Below, piece by piece: positions 42,278-52,405 of a stretch of DNA of 64,000 bases (position 1 is its first letter; each line of letters begins with the position of its first letter). The DNA is taken from contig JAFKEQ010000002.1 in assembly GCA_017308575.1 (NCBI GenBank), positions 186,832-250,831 on the forward strand, read 5' to 3'. The DNA comes from Afipia sp. GTDB lineage: Bacteria > Pseudomonadota > Alphaproteobacteria > Rhizobiales > Xanthobacteraceae. The notes beneath the pieces were generated by a model, which was given only the letters and a program-made list of their open reading frames with translations, made no database searches and was not told the origin of the DNA. The position numbers and the translations under genes are program-made.

Positions 42278-43666
42278 ATGAGTACGCTGGACACCGGTCT
42301 CACTCTCATTCGCACGGCCTCGCGGCGCGTCTCCAGCGCCAGCGGATGGCTGGGCCGGTGGTTCAAGGAGATGATGCCCAAGGGCCTCTATGCCCGTGCG
42401 CTGCTCATCATCATCGTGCCCATGGTCATCCTGCAGTCGGTGATCGCCTTCGTCTTCATGGAGCGGCACTGGAACACGGTGACACGCCGCCTGTCCGCTG
42501 CGGTGGTGCAGGATGTCGCGGCGCTGATCGACATCTACAAGACCTATCCGCAGGACAAGGACCGCACCCAGATCAAGCGCATCGCGCAGCAGCGGCTCGG
42601 CCTTGTGGTGGACTTTCTGCCCATCAACGACATGCCTGCGCCGGGACCGAAACCGTTCTTCTCGCTGCTCGATCAGGCCCTGTCCGTGCAGCTCAGCCGC
42701 CAGATCAATCGGCCGTTCTGGATCGACACCGTGGGCCGTTCGTCGCTGGTGGAAATCCGCATCAAGCTCGACGACACGGTGATGCGTATCTTCGCGCAGC
42801 GTGGCGCCGCTTATGCATCGAATTCTGAAATCTTCATTTTCTGGATGCTGGGAACGTCGTCGATCCTGCTGATCGTCGCCGTGCTGTTCCTGCGCAACCA
42901 GATCAAGCCGATCCTGCGGCTGGCCGATGCCGCGGAAAGTTTCGGCAAGGGCCGTGAAGTGCCGGACTTCCGCCCCCGCGGCGCGCGCGAGGTTCGCCGC
43001 GCGGCGGTCGCCTTCATGGAAATGAAAAACCGCGTCGAGCGCAGCATCGAGCAGCGCACCGCGATGCTGGCCGGCGTTAGCCACGACCTGCGCACCATCC
43101 TGACGCGCTTCAAGCTGGAACTGGCATTGATCGGCGACAGTCCGGAAGTCGAAGGCATGCGCAAGGATGTCGACGAGATGAGCGGCATGCTGGAGGCGTA
43201 TCTGTCCTTCGCGCGCGGCGACAGCGGCGAACAGGCGCTGCCGACCGATATGGAGCAGGCGCTGGAGGAATTGCGCAGCGATGCCGAGCGTCATGGCCAT
43301 GCGGCGACCGTGGTGTTTCACGGCATGCCGGTGGTGATCGTGAAGCCTGCGGCGTTCAAGCGTTGTCTCGCCAATCTGGTGTCGAACGCGGCCCGTTACG
43401 CCGACGCGATTTCGATCACAGGGCATCGCGATCATCGCTATCTCACAGTCACCGTGGACGACGATGGCCCGGGCATTCCGCCCGACATGCGCGAGGAAGT
43501 GTTCAAGCCGTTCCTGCGGCTCGACGATGCGCGCAATCAGGATGAGGGCGGCACGGGCCTCGGCCTCGCCATCGCCCGCGATATCGCCCGCTCGCATGGC
43601 GGCGACATTACGTTGGGCGACAGTCCGATGGGCGGCCTGCGCGCGACGGTCAGGGTGCCGGTGTAG
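42278..43666 (+). CDS. EnvZ-like sensor histidine kinase
   Basis: Two TM segments, a HAMP region, H-box AGVSHDLRTILT, an N-box and G-boxes DDDGPGIP and GGTGLGLAIARD. Confidence 0.85.
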   Translation: MSTLDTGLTLIRTASRRVSSASGWLGRWFKEMMPKGLYARALLIIIVPMVILQSVIAFVFMERHWNTVTRRLSAAVVQDVAALIDIYKTYPQDKDRTQIKRIAQQRLGLVVDFLPINDMPAPGPKPFFSLLDQALSVQLSRQINRPFWIDTVGRSSLVEIRIKLDDTVMRIFAQRGAAYASNSEIFIFWMLGTSSILLIVAVLFLRNQIKPILRLADAAESFGKGREVPDFRPRGAREVRRAAVAFMEMKNRVERSIEQRTAMLAGVSHDLRTILTRFKLELALIGDSPEVEGMRKDVDEMSGMLEAYLSFARGDSGEQALPTDMEQALEELRSDAERHGHAATVVFHGMPVVIVKPAAFKRCLANLVSNAARYADAISITGHRDHRYLTVTVDDDGPGIPPDMREEVFKPFLRLDDARNQDEGGTGLGLAIARDIARSHGGDITLGDSPMGGLRATVRVPV

Positions 43667-43667
43667 C

Positions 43668-43770
43668 TCGTCATTGCGAGCGTAGCGAAGCAATCCATGG
43701 CAAAGCAAAGATGGATTGCTTCGTCGCCATAGCGCGTCGAAGACGCGAGTAAACGCGCTAATGGCTCCTC
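43668..43770. repeat. family B long-hairpin repeat, copy B2 (with nested extra hairpin)
   Basis: TCGTCATTGCGAGCGTAGCGAAGCAATCCA ... TGGATTGCTTCG ... CTCCTCGCAATGACGA. An additional CCATAGCGCGTC..GCGCGCTAATGG palindrome is inserted in the right arm. Confidence 0.8.
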
Positions 43771-43789
43771 GCAATGACGAAAGTAAAAA

Positions 43790-44617
43790 CTACTTCGCCA
43801 GTTCCTTGGAGCGCTTCGTCGCCGCGGCGACCGCGCGTTCCAGCAGCGGCTGGAATCCGCCGTCGCCCATCAGCACATCGAGCGCGGCGGCGGTGGTGCC
43901 GCCGGGCGAGGTGACGTTCTTGCGCAGCATGGCGCTATCGAGATCGGAGCGATGCAGCAATTCGCCGGAGCCCGACACGGTTTCGCGCGCGAGTTTTGTC
44001 GCCAGCGCTTCGGGCAATCCCGCCGCAACGCCCGCGCGCGCGAGTTCTTCGGCGAGCAGGAAGACATAGGCCGGGCCGGAGCCGGACACGGCGGTGACCG
44101 CATCCATCAGCGCTTCGTCATCAACCCACTCGACGCTGCCAGTGGCGCGCAGCAACGCGCCCGCGACATCGCGCTGCCCGGGCGTGACTCCATCGGCTGC
44201 GACGGCGACCGTAATTCCGCGCCCGATGGCGGCCGGCGTATTCGGCATGGCGCGGATCACCTTGCCGCCACAGACCTCGGTGATGCCTGCGATAGTGGTG
44301 CCGGCCATGATCGAGACGACCAGCGTGGATGGTCCCACCAGCGCCTTGAGTTGCGGTCCGGCGTCGCGAAACATCTGCGGTTTCACTGCGACGACCAGAA
44401 CGTCCGCATGAATGTCCTTGGTGTCCGGATTGACCCGCACGCCCTGCGCCGCGAAGCCGCGCGTTTCATCGGACGGATAGGGCTCGATCACGACGGTGCG
44501 CTTCGGGTCGAGGCCTTGCGCAAGCCAACCGGACAGCATCGCGCCGCCCATCTTGCCCGCGCCCGCGAGCACCAGGGTGCCGGTGAAACTTTTCAGTGCA
44601 TCGGAGGAAGTGGTCAT
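43790..44617 (-). CDS. proC: pyrroline-5-carboxylate reductase
   Basis: ATG at 44617. LVLAGAGKMGGAML Rossmann loop and the VTSPGGTTAAAL motif. The ORF-track extension to 44761 reads through repeat C2. Confidence 0.9.
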   Translation of the reverse strand: MTTSSDALKSFTGTLVLAGAGKMGGAMLSGWLAQGLDPKRTVVIEPYPSDETRGFAAQGVRVNPDTKDIHADVLVVAVKPQMFRDAGPQLKALVGPSTLVVSIMAGTTIAGITEVCGGKVIRAMPNTPAAIGRGITVAVAADGVTPGQRDVAGALLRATGSVEWVDDEALMDAVTAVSGSGPAYVFLLAEELARAGVAAGLPEALATKLARETVSGSGELLHRSDLDSAMLRKNVTSPGGTTAAALDVLMGDGGFQPLLERAVAAATKRSKELAK

Positions 44618-44632
44618 TGAATGCAAACTCGC

Positions 44633-44754
44633 GTCGTCCCGGCGAAGGCCGGGACCCATAATCACCGACTTTCCATTGAATCGCGAATTTTGCAACACGA
44701 CCGGGCCGCACTCACCCGATAGGGGATATGGGTCCCGGCCTTCGCCGGGACGAC
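44633..44754. repeat. family C terminal-hairpin repeat, copy C2
   Basis: GTCGTCCCGGCGAAGGCCGGGACC ... GGGTCCCGGCCTTCGCCGGGACGAC. Lies between the ybjN-like stop and the proC start. Confidence 0.8.
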
Positions 44755-44794
44755 ATCTCATGAGTTGCGACAGCTTGTGACGATGGGGAGTGAA

Positions 44795-45295
44795 TTAAGC
44801 CTCGCCCGCGGTGTCGAACATTGCCGCGGTCATGGCTTCCGAAGCGGTCTTGCCCGCCCAGGTGACGAACTGCATCGCCGGATAGTAACGCTCGCAGGCA
44901 TGCAGCGCGCCTTCCAGCATCAGTTCGCATTGCGCGGTGGTGGCGGTGAGGCCGCCCGGCAAGAGCAGCGCCTGCCGGTACATCACCGATCCCGTCGCCA
45001 GCCAGACGTCGAAATGGCCGATCCACAGTTGTTCGTTGACCGCGGCGATCAGGCGCTGCACTTCGCTGCGCCGCGCTTCGGGAATTTTCATGTCGAAGGT
45101 GCAGGCCAGATGCAGCGCTTCGATGTCGCCCATCCATGTGAACGCCAGTTGATAGTCGGTCCACTGGCCCTGCGTGATGATGGTGATCTCATCCTGCCCG
45201 GAGCGCTCGAACGACCAGTCGTTGGAAGACGCGATGTCCTCCACCACCGACAGCGGGCTGCTTTGCGAATCCGTGATGATGTCCAGATGGGACAT
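44795..45295 (-). CDS. YbjN domain-containing protein
   Basis: ATG at 45295 (MSHLDIITDS...). 166 aa and acidic, with the WSFERSG..EITI and HFDVW patterns seen in YbjN-family proteins. Confidence 0.7.
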   Translation of the reverse strand: MSHLDIITDSQSSPLSVVEDIASSNDWSFERSGQDEITIITQGQWTDYQLAFTWMGDIEALHLACTFDMKIPEARRSEVQRLIAAVNEQLWIGHFDVWLATGSVMYRQALLLPGGLTATTAQCELMLEGALHACERYYPAMQFVTWAGKTASEAMTAAMFDTAGEA

Positions 45296-45720
45296 GCTGC
45301 CGTTATCCTGAGTTGACGTGGGATAGGAACGCTGAACGAAACGCAAAGAACGAGCGACGACTGTCACTGCAAGTTCTCCGTTTACGATCATCACGATCCT
45401 TGTTCGGGATCGCTGCCGCAACGGCAACCTTGTGATCAAATTGATCGGTGATTTGCGGAATCCGCGCAACGGCGGCACGAATCCCGTCCACAGGCATCGG
45501 ACGAATTTTCCGACTCTTCAACAGCTTGTGCGCGAGCGCGGGGAACGAGTCGGATTTTTCGAAGGAAACGGAAAATTCCTGAGTCGATCCATGCGTTTAA
45601 CGTCTCATGGGATACGCAACAGGCGCATCGTGAATGAGAACAAAACGGAATCGGATGCGTGGAACGCCGCTCGCGCGCCTGCATCTGCGCGCGAAAAATA
45701 TTTTTGCTGGAAAGAGAAAA

Positions 45721-46716
45721 TCAGTCGAACAGGCTGGAAACCGACTCTTCGGCGGCGGTGCGGCTGATGGCTTCGCCAATCAGGTTCGCGATCGGCAGCG
45801 AGCGGATGTTGGCGGCCTTTTTCACGGCCTCCGTCGGCTGGATCGAGTCGGTGATAACCAGTTCCTTGAGCCGCGAGGAGGTGATGCGGGCCACTGCGCC
45901 GCCAGAGAGCACGCCGTGAGTGATGTAGGCGTAGACCTCCGTGGCGCCGTTGGCGAGCAGCGCGTCGGCCGCGTTCACCAGCGTGCCGCCGGAATCGACG
46001 ATGTCGTCGATCAGGATGCAGGTGTAACCGGCGACATCGCCGATCACGTTCATGACTTCCGATTCACCGGCGCGCTCGCGGCGCTTGTCGATGATGGCCA
46101 GCGGCGCGTTGATGCGCTTGGCGAGACCGCGGGCGCGGATCACGCCGCCGACGTCGGGCGACACCACCATCACCTTCGACAGATCGAACTTTTCCTTGAT
46201 GTCGCGCGCCATCACGGGCGCTGCGAAAAGGTTGTCCGTCGGGATATCGAAGAAGCCCTGAATCTGCGCGGCGTGGAGGTCCAGCGTCATGACGCGGTCG
46301 GCGCCGGCATGGGTGATCAGGTTGGCGACCAGCTTGGCGGAAATCGGCGCGCGCGAGCCGACTTTGCGGTCCTGACGGGCATAGCCGAAATAGGGGATCA
46401 CGGCGGTGATGCGGCGCGCGGAGGCGCGGCGCAGCGCATCGGTGATGATCAGCAATTCCATCAGGTGGTCGTTGGCCGGAAACGACGTCGACTGAATGAC
46501 GTACACATCCGAGCCACGGACGTTCTCGAGAATTTCGACGAAGATCTCGTTGTCGGCGAAGCGGCGCACGCTCGCCTTGGCAAGCGGCATATTGAGCACG
46601 GACGAAATCGCGGCGGCCAGTTCAGGATTCGAATTGCCGGCGACCAGCTTGATGGAGCCGTTCTTGGCTGAAATGGCGGACTCTCCTTTTGATGTCGGGG
46701 AAACGCTTTTCAACAT
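45721..46716 (-). CDS. prs: ribose-phosphate pyrophosphokinase
   Basis: [18 protein letters not shown] and the PRPP loop [13 protein letters not shown]. Start uncertain: ATG at 46716, 46722 or 46746. Confidence 0.95.
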   Translation of the reverse strand: MLKSVSPTSKGESAISAKNGSIKLVAGNSNPELAAAISSVLNMPLAKASVRRFADNEIFVEILENVRGSDVYVIQSTSFPANDHLMELLIITDALRRASARRITAVIPYFGYARQDRKVGSRAPISAKLVANLITHAGADRVMTLDLHAAQIQGFFDIPTDNLFAAPVMARDIKEKFDLSKVMVVSPDVGGVIRARGLAKRINAPLAIIDKRRERAGESEVMNVIGDVAGYTCILIDDIVDSGGTLVNAADALLANGATEVYAYITHGVLSGGAVARITSSRLKELVITDSIQPTEAVKKAANIRSLPIANLIGEAISRTAAEESVSSLFD

Positions 46717-46851
46717 GTCCATTGCCGCCTGCACCAGGGAACCCAATTGCCTACGCCTTGTGCCGGGCGTGATAACAAGGACCGAACGAGGCTGGCAATA
46801 TGCCGCACCGTGTTTTCCTGCAAAAACAGGCGGCTGAGCGCCTGTGCATCC

Positions 46852-47457
46852 TTAATCGGCGCTGAAAGCCAGCGCTTGCATTTGTCCGGTTGCCGATTCA
46901 GGACGATTTTCATCGCTTTGGGCGACCGCCGGGCCGGATCGGGGAGCGACCGGTGCTGAATCCGGTGCCGGTGCGGTCCCGTTGATCAGGCTGTTGAGGC
47001 CGTTCAGTCCGGCGATGGCGATTCGGCGCATCATCTGATCGTCGGCCATGGCCCAGGCATCGCGGCTCTTGCCGGCGGGCTCTTCGCCGCTGAGGCGCAT
47101 GGCGCGCTCCTGGTCCCGGTCATAGACGTCCCAGACCCAGGCGATCACGGTCTGGCCGCGGCGGACCTGCGCCGACAGATAGCTGCGGACGCGATAGGAG
47201 GCCTGAGCCTCGCGCGAGACCACGGTGAAACTGCGGGGACCGGATTCGGCTTCGAGAGCGCGGACCAGCTTGTCGAACACCTGCGGAGGTGGGCCGTCGA
47301 CGGATTCAAAGGCCACGGTGGGGCCGAAAGATTGTCCTGTCGAGACGGCCGTCATGGCGCCGCCGCCGCCCGCGCAGCCCGCGACCATGCAGGCCACGGC
47401 GCACAGCGCCAATAGCCGCAGCGCGGCCCAACACGTTGTCAGCGTTCCGGATTTCAT
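46852..47457 (-). CDS. putative lipoprotein (hypothetical)
   Basis: Lipobox-like CMVAGC after a hydrophobic segment. No recognised domain. Confidence 0.5.
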   Translation of the reverse strand: MKSGTLTTCWAALRLLALCAVACMVAGCAGGGGAMTAVSTGQSFGPTVAFESVDGPPPQVFDKLVRALEAESGPRSFTVVSREAQASYRVRSYLSAQVRRGQTVIAWVWDVYDRDQERAMRLSGEEPAGKSRDAWAMADDQMMRRIAIAGLNGLNSLINGTAPAPDSAPVAPRSGPAVAQSDENRPESATGQMQALAFSAD

Positions 47458-47586
47458 ATGCGACGCCACCCGAAAATCCCTGTCCCGCGCGCATCTGGCG
47501 TGCCGTCGGGCCGGATCGAGCGATATCGTTAAAACACGTTAAGGTCTAGGGGAAGGACCGGCACCGCGCCTGCCGGCCGCGGGTTG

Positions 47587-47748
47587 TCTAAGAGACTGTT
47601 TGAAAACTTTGAAAACCTCGTCCTGAGGAGCCGTTTCGTCAGAAACGGCGTCTCGAAGGGCGCGATTTTCAGGGAAAAGTCCTCGATCCTTCGAGACGGC
47701 GCTACGCGCCTCCTCAGGATGAGGACTTTTCAAACACAGTCTCTAAGC
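47587..47748. repeat. family D nested-hairpin repeat, copy D3 with extra outer inverted repeat
   Basis: Outer CTAAGAGACTGTTTGAAAA / TTTTCAAACACAGTCTCTAAG encloses CTCGTCCTGAGGAGCC..GTCTCGAAGG..CCTTCGAGAC..CCTCCTCAGGATGAGGAC. Confidence 0.8.
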
Positions 47749-47879
47749 CCGCAATCGGGCCGCCGGGGCGGCGCTTGCAAACCATAAGGCTGGAATTCTT
47801 CGAGCCGATCGCGGAATTCGCTTTTCAGAATTCGCGCGATCTATAGAAGTGTCTGAAATTCTTTGGATGATTTGCCCAC

Positions 47880-49493
47880 ATGACCCTGGATGCCGCCCCC
47901 GTGGCCGCACGTGCTGGCTCCCGCTGGCGGCGTCCTGTCGAGCTTTGGCTGAACGGGATCGAGCGCGGCTGGGCCATTCCGGCGCTGTTGATCGGCTTTG
48001 TCGCGATCTGGATGGCGTATCTCGTCGTCGCCTATTGGGGCGGCGATCTTCACCCCGATGTTCTTGAAACATGGACGGTCGGACGGCAGTTCGCATGGGG
48101 CAATCCCAAGCATCCGCCGCTGATGGGATGGATGGCGGCGATCTGGACCAGCGTGTTTCCGGTCACGGACTGGTCGTTCTATCTGCTCGCGATGGTCAAC
48201 TCGGCGCTCGCGATGTGGTGCGTCGATCTCATCAGCCGCCGCTTCGTGCGCGGTGACGGCCGGGCGATCATCCTGCTGCTGTTGCTGCTGCTGCCCGCCT
48301 ATCAGTTTCACGCCCAGCGTTTCAATGCCAACACGGTGCTCCTCGCCACATGGCCGCTGGCGACATATTGCTTCCTGAGATCGTTCGAGAGCCGGACGTT
48401 TCTCTGGTCGATCGCCGCGGGCGCCGTCGCTGCGCTGGCCATGCTGGGAAAATATTACTCGGTGTTTCTGATCGCGGGCTTTGCCGTGGCCGCGATCGCG
48501 CATCCTCAGCGCCGGGATTATTTCAGGTCGCCGGCGCCGTGGGTTTCGGCGCTCGCCGGTCTCGCCGTGCTCGGCCCGCATCTGTGGTGGCTTGCGACCA
48601 ACGGTTCGCAGCCGTTTGAATATGCGATGAAAGCGCACGGCGGATATTCGTTCACGTCGGCGCTGCAGGAGGCAGGTTGGTTTCTGTCCGGGATCGCGGC
48701 GTATCTTCTGTTGCCGGCATTCGCCTGGTTGCTGATGATCCGGTCCAACCTCAGAAACTTCGTCTCAGACATCGTTCGCCTGAATTCCGGTCAGCTTCTG
48801 CTGTTCTGGATTTTCGTTGCGACCACGTTGCTCCCTCCGATCGTCAGTGTCGCGCTCCGCACCGACCTGCCGTCGCTGTGGAATCTGCAGATCCTGTTCC
48901 TTGCGATCGTGATTGCGGTGTCATCGGTGAAATTCGCCGTGGACCGCTTCGATTCCGTGAATCTCTTCGCGGGCGTTTCGCTTATCCTGCTGGTCTGCCT
49001 CGTAGGCTCGCCGTTCCATGCGCTTTATCGCAATACGCATCCCTACGACATGAGGCGGAATTTTCTGAGCGCCGCGGCGCATGAAATGACGCGTCGCTGG
49101 CATCAGGAAACCAGCGAGCCGTTCACGTCGGTCAGCGGCGATGACCGCCTCGCGTTTGCCACGGCGTTCTACAGCCAGGATCATCCGTTCTATCGGCGGC
49201 CGTTTCAGTTCCAGTACACGTGGGGGATTCCGCGTCCGGCGACGCTTCAGAAGGGGTGGGCGGCGCTGTGCTTCACGGCAGACCTTGACTGCCTGGGCTG
49301 GATGGATCGCGTTGCGAAGATTCCCGCCAAGGTCATCCGCTCCGAATTCACGGTGCAATCCACGCTGTGGGGACGTCCGGGCGTGACGACCACTGTGGCG
49401 GCGATGATCGTTCCGCCGGGCACAGCACCGGCCGGGGCTCCGTCGAAAGGCGAGGGGATCGAGGACTTCGGTGCGAGCCGGCGCGTGCCGTAA
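47880..49493 (+). CDS. ArnT/PMT-like glycosyltransferase (GT39/GT83-type membrane protein)
   Basis: 537 aa with more than 10 TM helices. N-terminal loop HPPLMGW and overall architecture typical of lipid-linked sugar transferases. Confidence 0.75.
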   Translation: MTLDAAPVAARAGSRWRRPVELWLNGIERGWAIPALLIGFVAIWMAYLVVAYWGGDLHPDVLETWTVGRQFAWGNPKHPPLMGWMAAIWTSVFPVTDWSFYLLAMVNSALAMWCVDLISRRFVRGDGRAIILLLLLLLPAYQFHAQRFNANTVLLATWPLATYCFLRSFESRTFLWSIAAGAVAALAMLGKYYSVFLIAGFAVAAIAHPQRRDYFRSPAPWVSALAGLAVLGPHLWWLATNGSQPFEYAMKAHGGYSFTSALQEAGWFLSGIAAYLLLPAFAWLLMIRSNLRNFVSDIVRLNSGQLLLFWIFVATTLLPPIVSVALRTDLPSLWNLQILFLAIVIAVSSVKFAVDRFDSVNLFAGVSLILLVCLVGSPFHALYRNTHPYDMRRNFLSAAAHEMTRRWHQETSEPFTSVSGDDRLAFATAFYSQDHPFYRRPFQFQYTWGIPRPATLQKGWAALCFTADLDCLGWMDRVAKIPAKVIRSEFTVQSTLWGRPGVTTTVAAMIVPPGTAPAGAPSKGEGIEDFGASRRVP

Positions 49494-49504
49494 GATTTGC
49501 CGCG

Positions 49505-50272
49505 TCAGTCTTCCAGCACGATGGCGTGGATGTTGCGGCCGTAATCCGGCTCCTTGCGATGAACCGAGCGGCGATAGCTGAACAGGCGCTCGTCCGGATA
49601 GGTATCGATGCCGGTGTCGTCGATCGCCTGCAGTCCGGCTCGCTCCAGCCGCAGACGGATATAGCCCGCAAGATCGAACATCGAATGGTCCGCGCGCGCT
49701 GACGGCACGAAGAATCGCGCGTTGGCGGCATCCGCCTCGGTGAAGCGTGCGACGAATTCCGCGCCGACCTCGTAGCTCGGCTGGCGGATCAGGGGTCCGA
49801 TCGCGGCGACGATGGACGCGCGCGCCGCGCCGAGGCTTTCCATCGCGGCGATGGTGTTTTCCAGCACACCGCCGAACGCGCCTTTCCAGCCGGCATGCGC
49901 CGACCCGATCACGCGGGCCAACGGATCGACGAACAGCACCGGTCCGCAATCGGCGGCGGTGGCGCCGATGGCAAGGCCCGGCACATTGGTCACGGTGGCG
50001 TCCGCATGCGGGCGGGCATCGGCAGCCCAGGGCTGCGTCGCGACCACCACATCCGGCGAGTGGACCTGATACAGCGACAGGAAATGCGACGGCGCGACGC
50101 CGAGATATTCGGCCATGCGCCGCCGGTTCTCGGTGACATGAGCCGGATCGTCATTGGAGCCGACGCCGCCATTGAGGCTGGCATAAAGTCCGGCCGAGAC
50201 GCCCCCTTCGCGCGTGAAGAAGGCATGGCGCAGGCGCGGCACCGACGAGAGCAGCGGCGACGTGAACATCAT
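49505..50272 (-). CDS. pgeF: peptidoglycan editing factor PgeF (YfiH/DUF152 laccase-domain protein)
   Basis: HAFFTREGGVS, VHSPDVV, ADCGPVLF and HAGWKG motifs. The start overlaps the upstream stop (ATGA). Confidence 0.9.
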   Translation of the reverse strand: MMFTSPLLSSVPRLRHAFFTREGGVSAGLYASLNGGVGSNDDPAHVTENRRRMAEYLGVAPSHFLSLYQVHSPDVVVATQPWAADARPHADATVTNVPGLAIGATAADCGPVLFVDPLARVIGSAHAGWKGAFGGVLENTIAAMESLGAARASIVAAIGPLIRQPSYEVGAEFVARFTEADAANARFFVPSARADHSMFDLAGYIRLRLERAGLQAIDDTGIDTYPDERLFSYRRSVHRKEPDYGRNIHAIVLED

Positions 50273-51378
50273 CGTTGCGCTCCCTGATCCGACAGGGCGG
50301 CCAGCACGCCAATACTCGGATGCGAGATGCCGAGCACCTTGAACAGCGAGCCCATGCCTTCAGGGCTCGGTCCGGTCAGGCGGCTCAGTCCGGCGATGAT
50401 CAGTTTCTTGCCGTCCTCGGTGGCATTCTTCATCAGCGCATCGGCGCGCCGCTCGATGCCGATCCGCTTGAGGAACGCGCCTTGCTCCACCGGTCCATGC
50501 GCGCGCGCGCCGATGTCTTCCGCCGCGCGGGCCAGCGCCTGAAAGTCCACGTGGGCGGTGAGATCGGCGAGGCCTGCGTTCTTCAGCGGATTGGCGAAGG
50601 CATGCTTGGCCACCGCCTGGAACGTATCGCCGGCATCGCTGCGGATATGACCGTAGTCCATGATCAGTGCGGCGCCGCCCTGATCGCGCAGGCGGCGCGC
50701 AATGGTGATGATCTCGTTGTCCGGCCGCCATTCAAAGATGGCGCCGTTCGGCGCGGCGCGCACCAGCGGCGGCAGCAGCACCTCGAAGCGCGGGATCGGA
50801 TTCTTCGCGATGCCGTAGGCGAGAACGTCGTCATCGATCTCGATCACGCGTTCGTGCCACCCGTCGTCCTGCTTGACGGCCTGATGGATAGGCAGTGCGT
50901 CGAAGAACTCGTTGGCGAAGATGATCGCCGGTCCTTCGGGAATGTCGTCGATGCTGTCGTACCATTCCACATGCGCCGCGTCGGCGAGCTTCTCGCGCTG
51001 CCTGTCGCGCAGCACGGGACTTGTCTCCACGAGGTGCACGCTGATCGCGTCGTGGAATGCCGGCAAAATCCGTATCGCGCGCAGCGCGTCCGCCATCATG
51101 GTACCGCGGCCCGGCCCGAGTTCGATGAACTTGACCTCCGACGGCATGCCCATCGCATTCCACACCGACGCCGCCCACAGGCCGACCAGTTCGCCGAACA
51201 TCTGGCTGACTTCCGGTGCGGTGACGAAGTCGCCGCCGCGGCCTAGCGGATCGCGATGGATGTAGTAGCCGTGGCCGGGATGCGTCAGGCAAAGCTGCAT
51301 GTAGCGCGACACCGGCATTGGGCCGTTCGCGGCGATTTGCTTGCGGATCAGGGCCTCAAGGGGCGAGGTATCGGGCAC
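50269..51378 (-). CDS. class I SAM-dependent methyltransferase (DUF185/NDUFAF7-like)
   Basis: FVTAPEVSQMFGE and IELGPGRGTMM motifs. GTG start at 51378. Sits in a conserved lgt - this gene - pgeF arrangement. Confidence 0.85.
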   Translation of the reverse strand: MPDTSPLEALIRKQIAANGPMPVSRYMQLCLTHPGHGYYIHRDPLGRGGDFVTAPEVSQMFGELVGLWAASVWNAMGMPSEVKFIELGPGRGTMMADALRAIRILPAFHDAISVHLVETSPVLRDRQREKLADAAHVEWYDSIDDIPEGPAIIFANEFFDALPIHQAVKQDDGWHERVIEIDDDVLAYGIAKNPIPRFEVLLPPLVRAAPNGAIFEWRPDNEIITIARRLRDQGGAALIMDYGHIRSDAGDTFQAVAKHAFANPLKNAGLADLTAHVDFQALARAAEDIGARAHGPVEQGAFLKRIGIERRADALMKNATEDGKKLIIAGLSRLTGPSPEGMGSLFKVLGISHPSIGVLAALSDQGAQR

Positions 51379-51428
51379 GGCAATCTTTCAATGAAACAGA
51401 ATCGGTCGTTCAATATGACTTTACGACA

Positions 51429-52298
51429 TTATGACGCTTTGGCCGCCTGTTCATCCCGTGGCTTGTTCGCAGTGCGCGCGCTGCGCCGCCATGCCGCAAT
51501 CATGAAGGCGAGCCCCGCCAGGATCATGGGAACCGAGAGCAGCATGCCCATGGTCAGCCCGCCCCACAGGAATCCGAGTTGCGGATCGGGTTCGCGGAAA
51601 AATTCGCCGGTGATGCGCGCGATGCCATAGAGCGTTGCGAATGCGCCGATGATGAAGCCGGGGCGCTTGAGCGCGCCGGCGCGGATCAGCAGCGCGAGCA
51701 CAATGAACAGCACGACGCCTTCGAGGCCTGCTTCATAAAGCTGGCTGGGATGGCGCGGCAGCGGTCCGCCATTCGGGAACACCATTGCCCACGGCACGCT
51801 GGCGTCGGCGTGGCGGCCCCACAACTCGCTGTTGACGAAATTCGCCAGCCGCCCGAGCAGGAGGCCGATCGGGCCGACGGCGCAGGTGACATCGCCGAGC
51901 GAAAGCACCGAAATGTTGCGCTTCCAGCCGAACAGCAGCACCGCGATGACGCAGCCCATGAACCCGCCGTGGAACGACATGCCGCCGGTCCACAGCTTGA
52001 AGATCTCAGTGGGATGCTGCGCGAAGAAGCTCAGGTTGTAGAACAGCACATAGCCGGTGCGGCCGCCGAGAATGATGCCGAGCGTCACCCACAGGATGAA
52101 ATCGTCGAAATCCTGCACCGTGAACGGCGCCTTGCCGCCCCACAGCTGTTCGGTCCGGATGATCTTTCGCGCATACATCCAGCCCAGCACGATGCCGCCG
52201 ATATAGGCCAGCGCGTACCAGCGGATCGCGAACGGGCCGATCGAGACGGCGATGGGATCGAAGACGGGGAACGCGATAGTCAGCAGCATGAATGGCAT
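51429..52298 (-). CDS. lgt: prolipoprotein diacylglyceryl transferase
   Basis: [27 protein letters not shown] and HPSQLYEA motifs. Confidence 0.95.
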   Translation of the reverse strand: MPFMLLTIAFPVFDPIAVSIGPFAIRWYALAYIGGIVLGWMYARKIIRTEQLWGGKAPFTVQDFDDFILWVTLGIILGGRTGYVLFYNLSFFAQHPTEIFKLWTGGMSFHGGFMGCVIAVLLFGWKRNISVLSLGDVTCAVGPIGLLLGRLANFVNSELWGRHADASVPWAMVFPNGGPLPRHPSQLYEAGLEGVVLFIVLALLIRAGALKRPGFIIGAFATLYGIARITGEFFREPDPQLGFLWGGLTMGMLLSVPMILAGLAFMIAAWRRSARTANKPRDEQAAKAS

Positions 52299-52405
52299 TT
52301 CCGGCGGCGATGCTTCGATCGGGTCTTACATCTTGCGTCCCGGCAAGGCTATCACCATTGTCTGGTTGAGATTATATACACGGCGATCGCCCCCGGAGTT
52401 TGACG

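Noticed and set aside
45432-45767. 111-aa plus-strand ORF in the ybjN-prs spacer
   Set aside because: No RBS and an Arg/Asn-rich, unstructured-looking translation. It runs into the 3' end of prs on the opposite strand. The region is treated as non-coding and flagged only as a possible sRNA locus.
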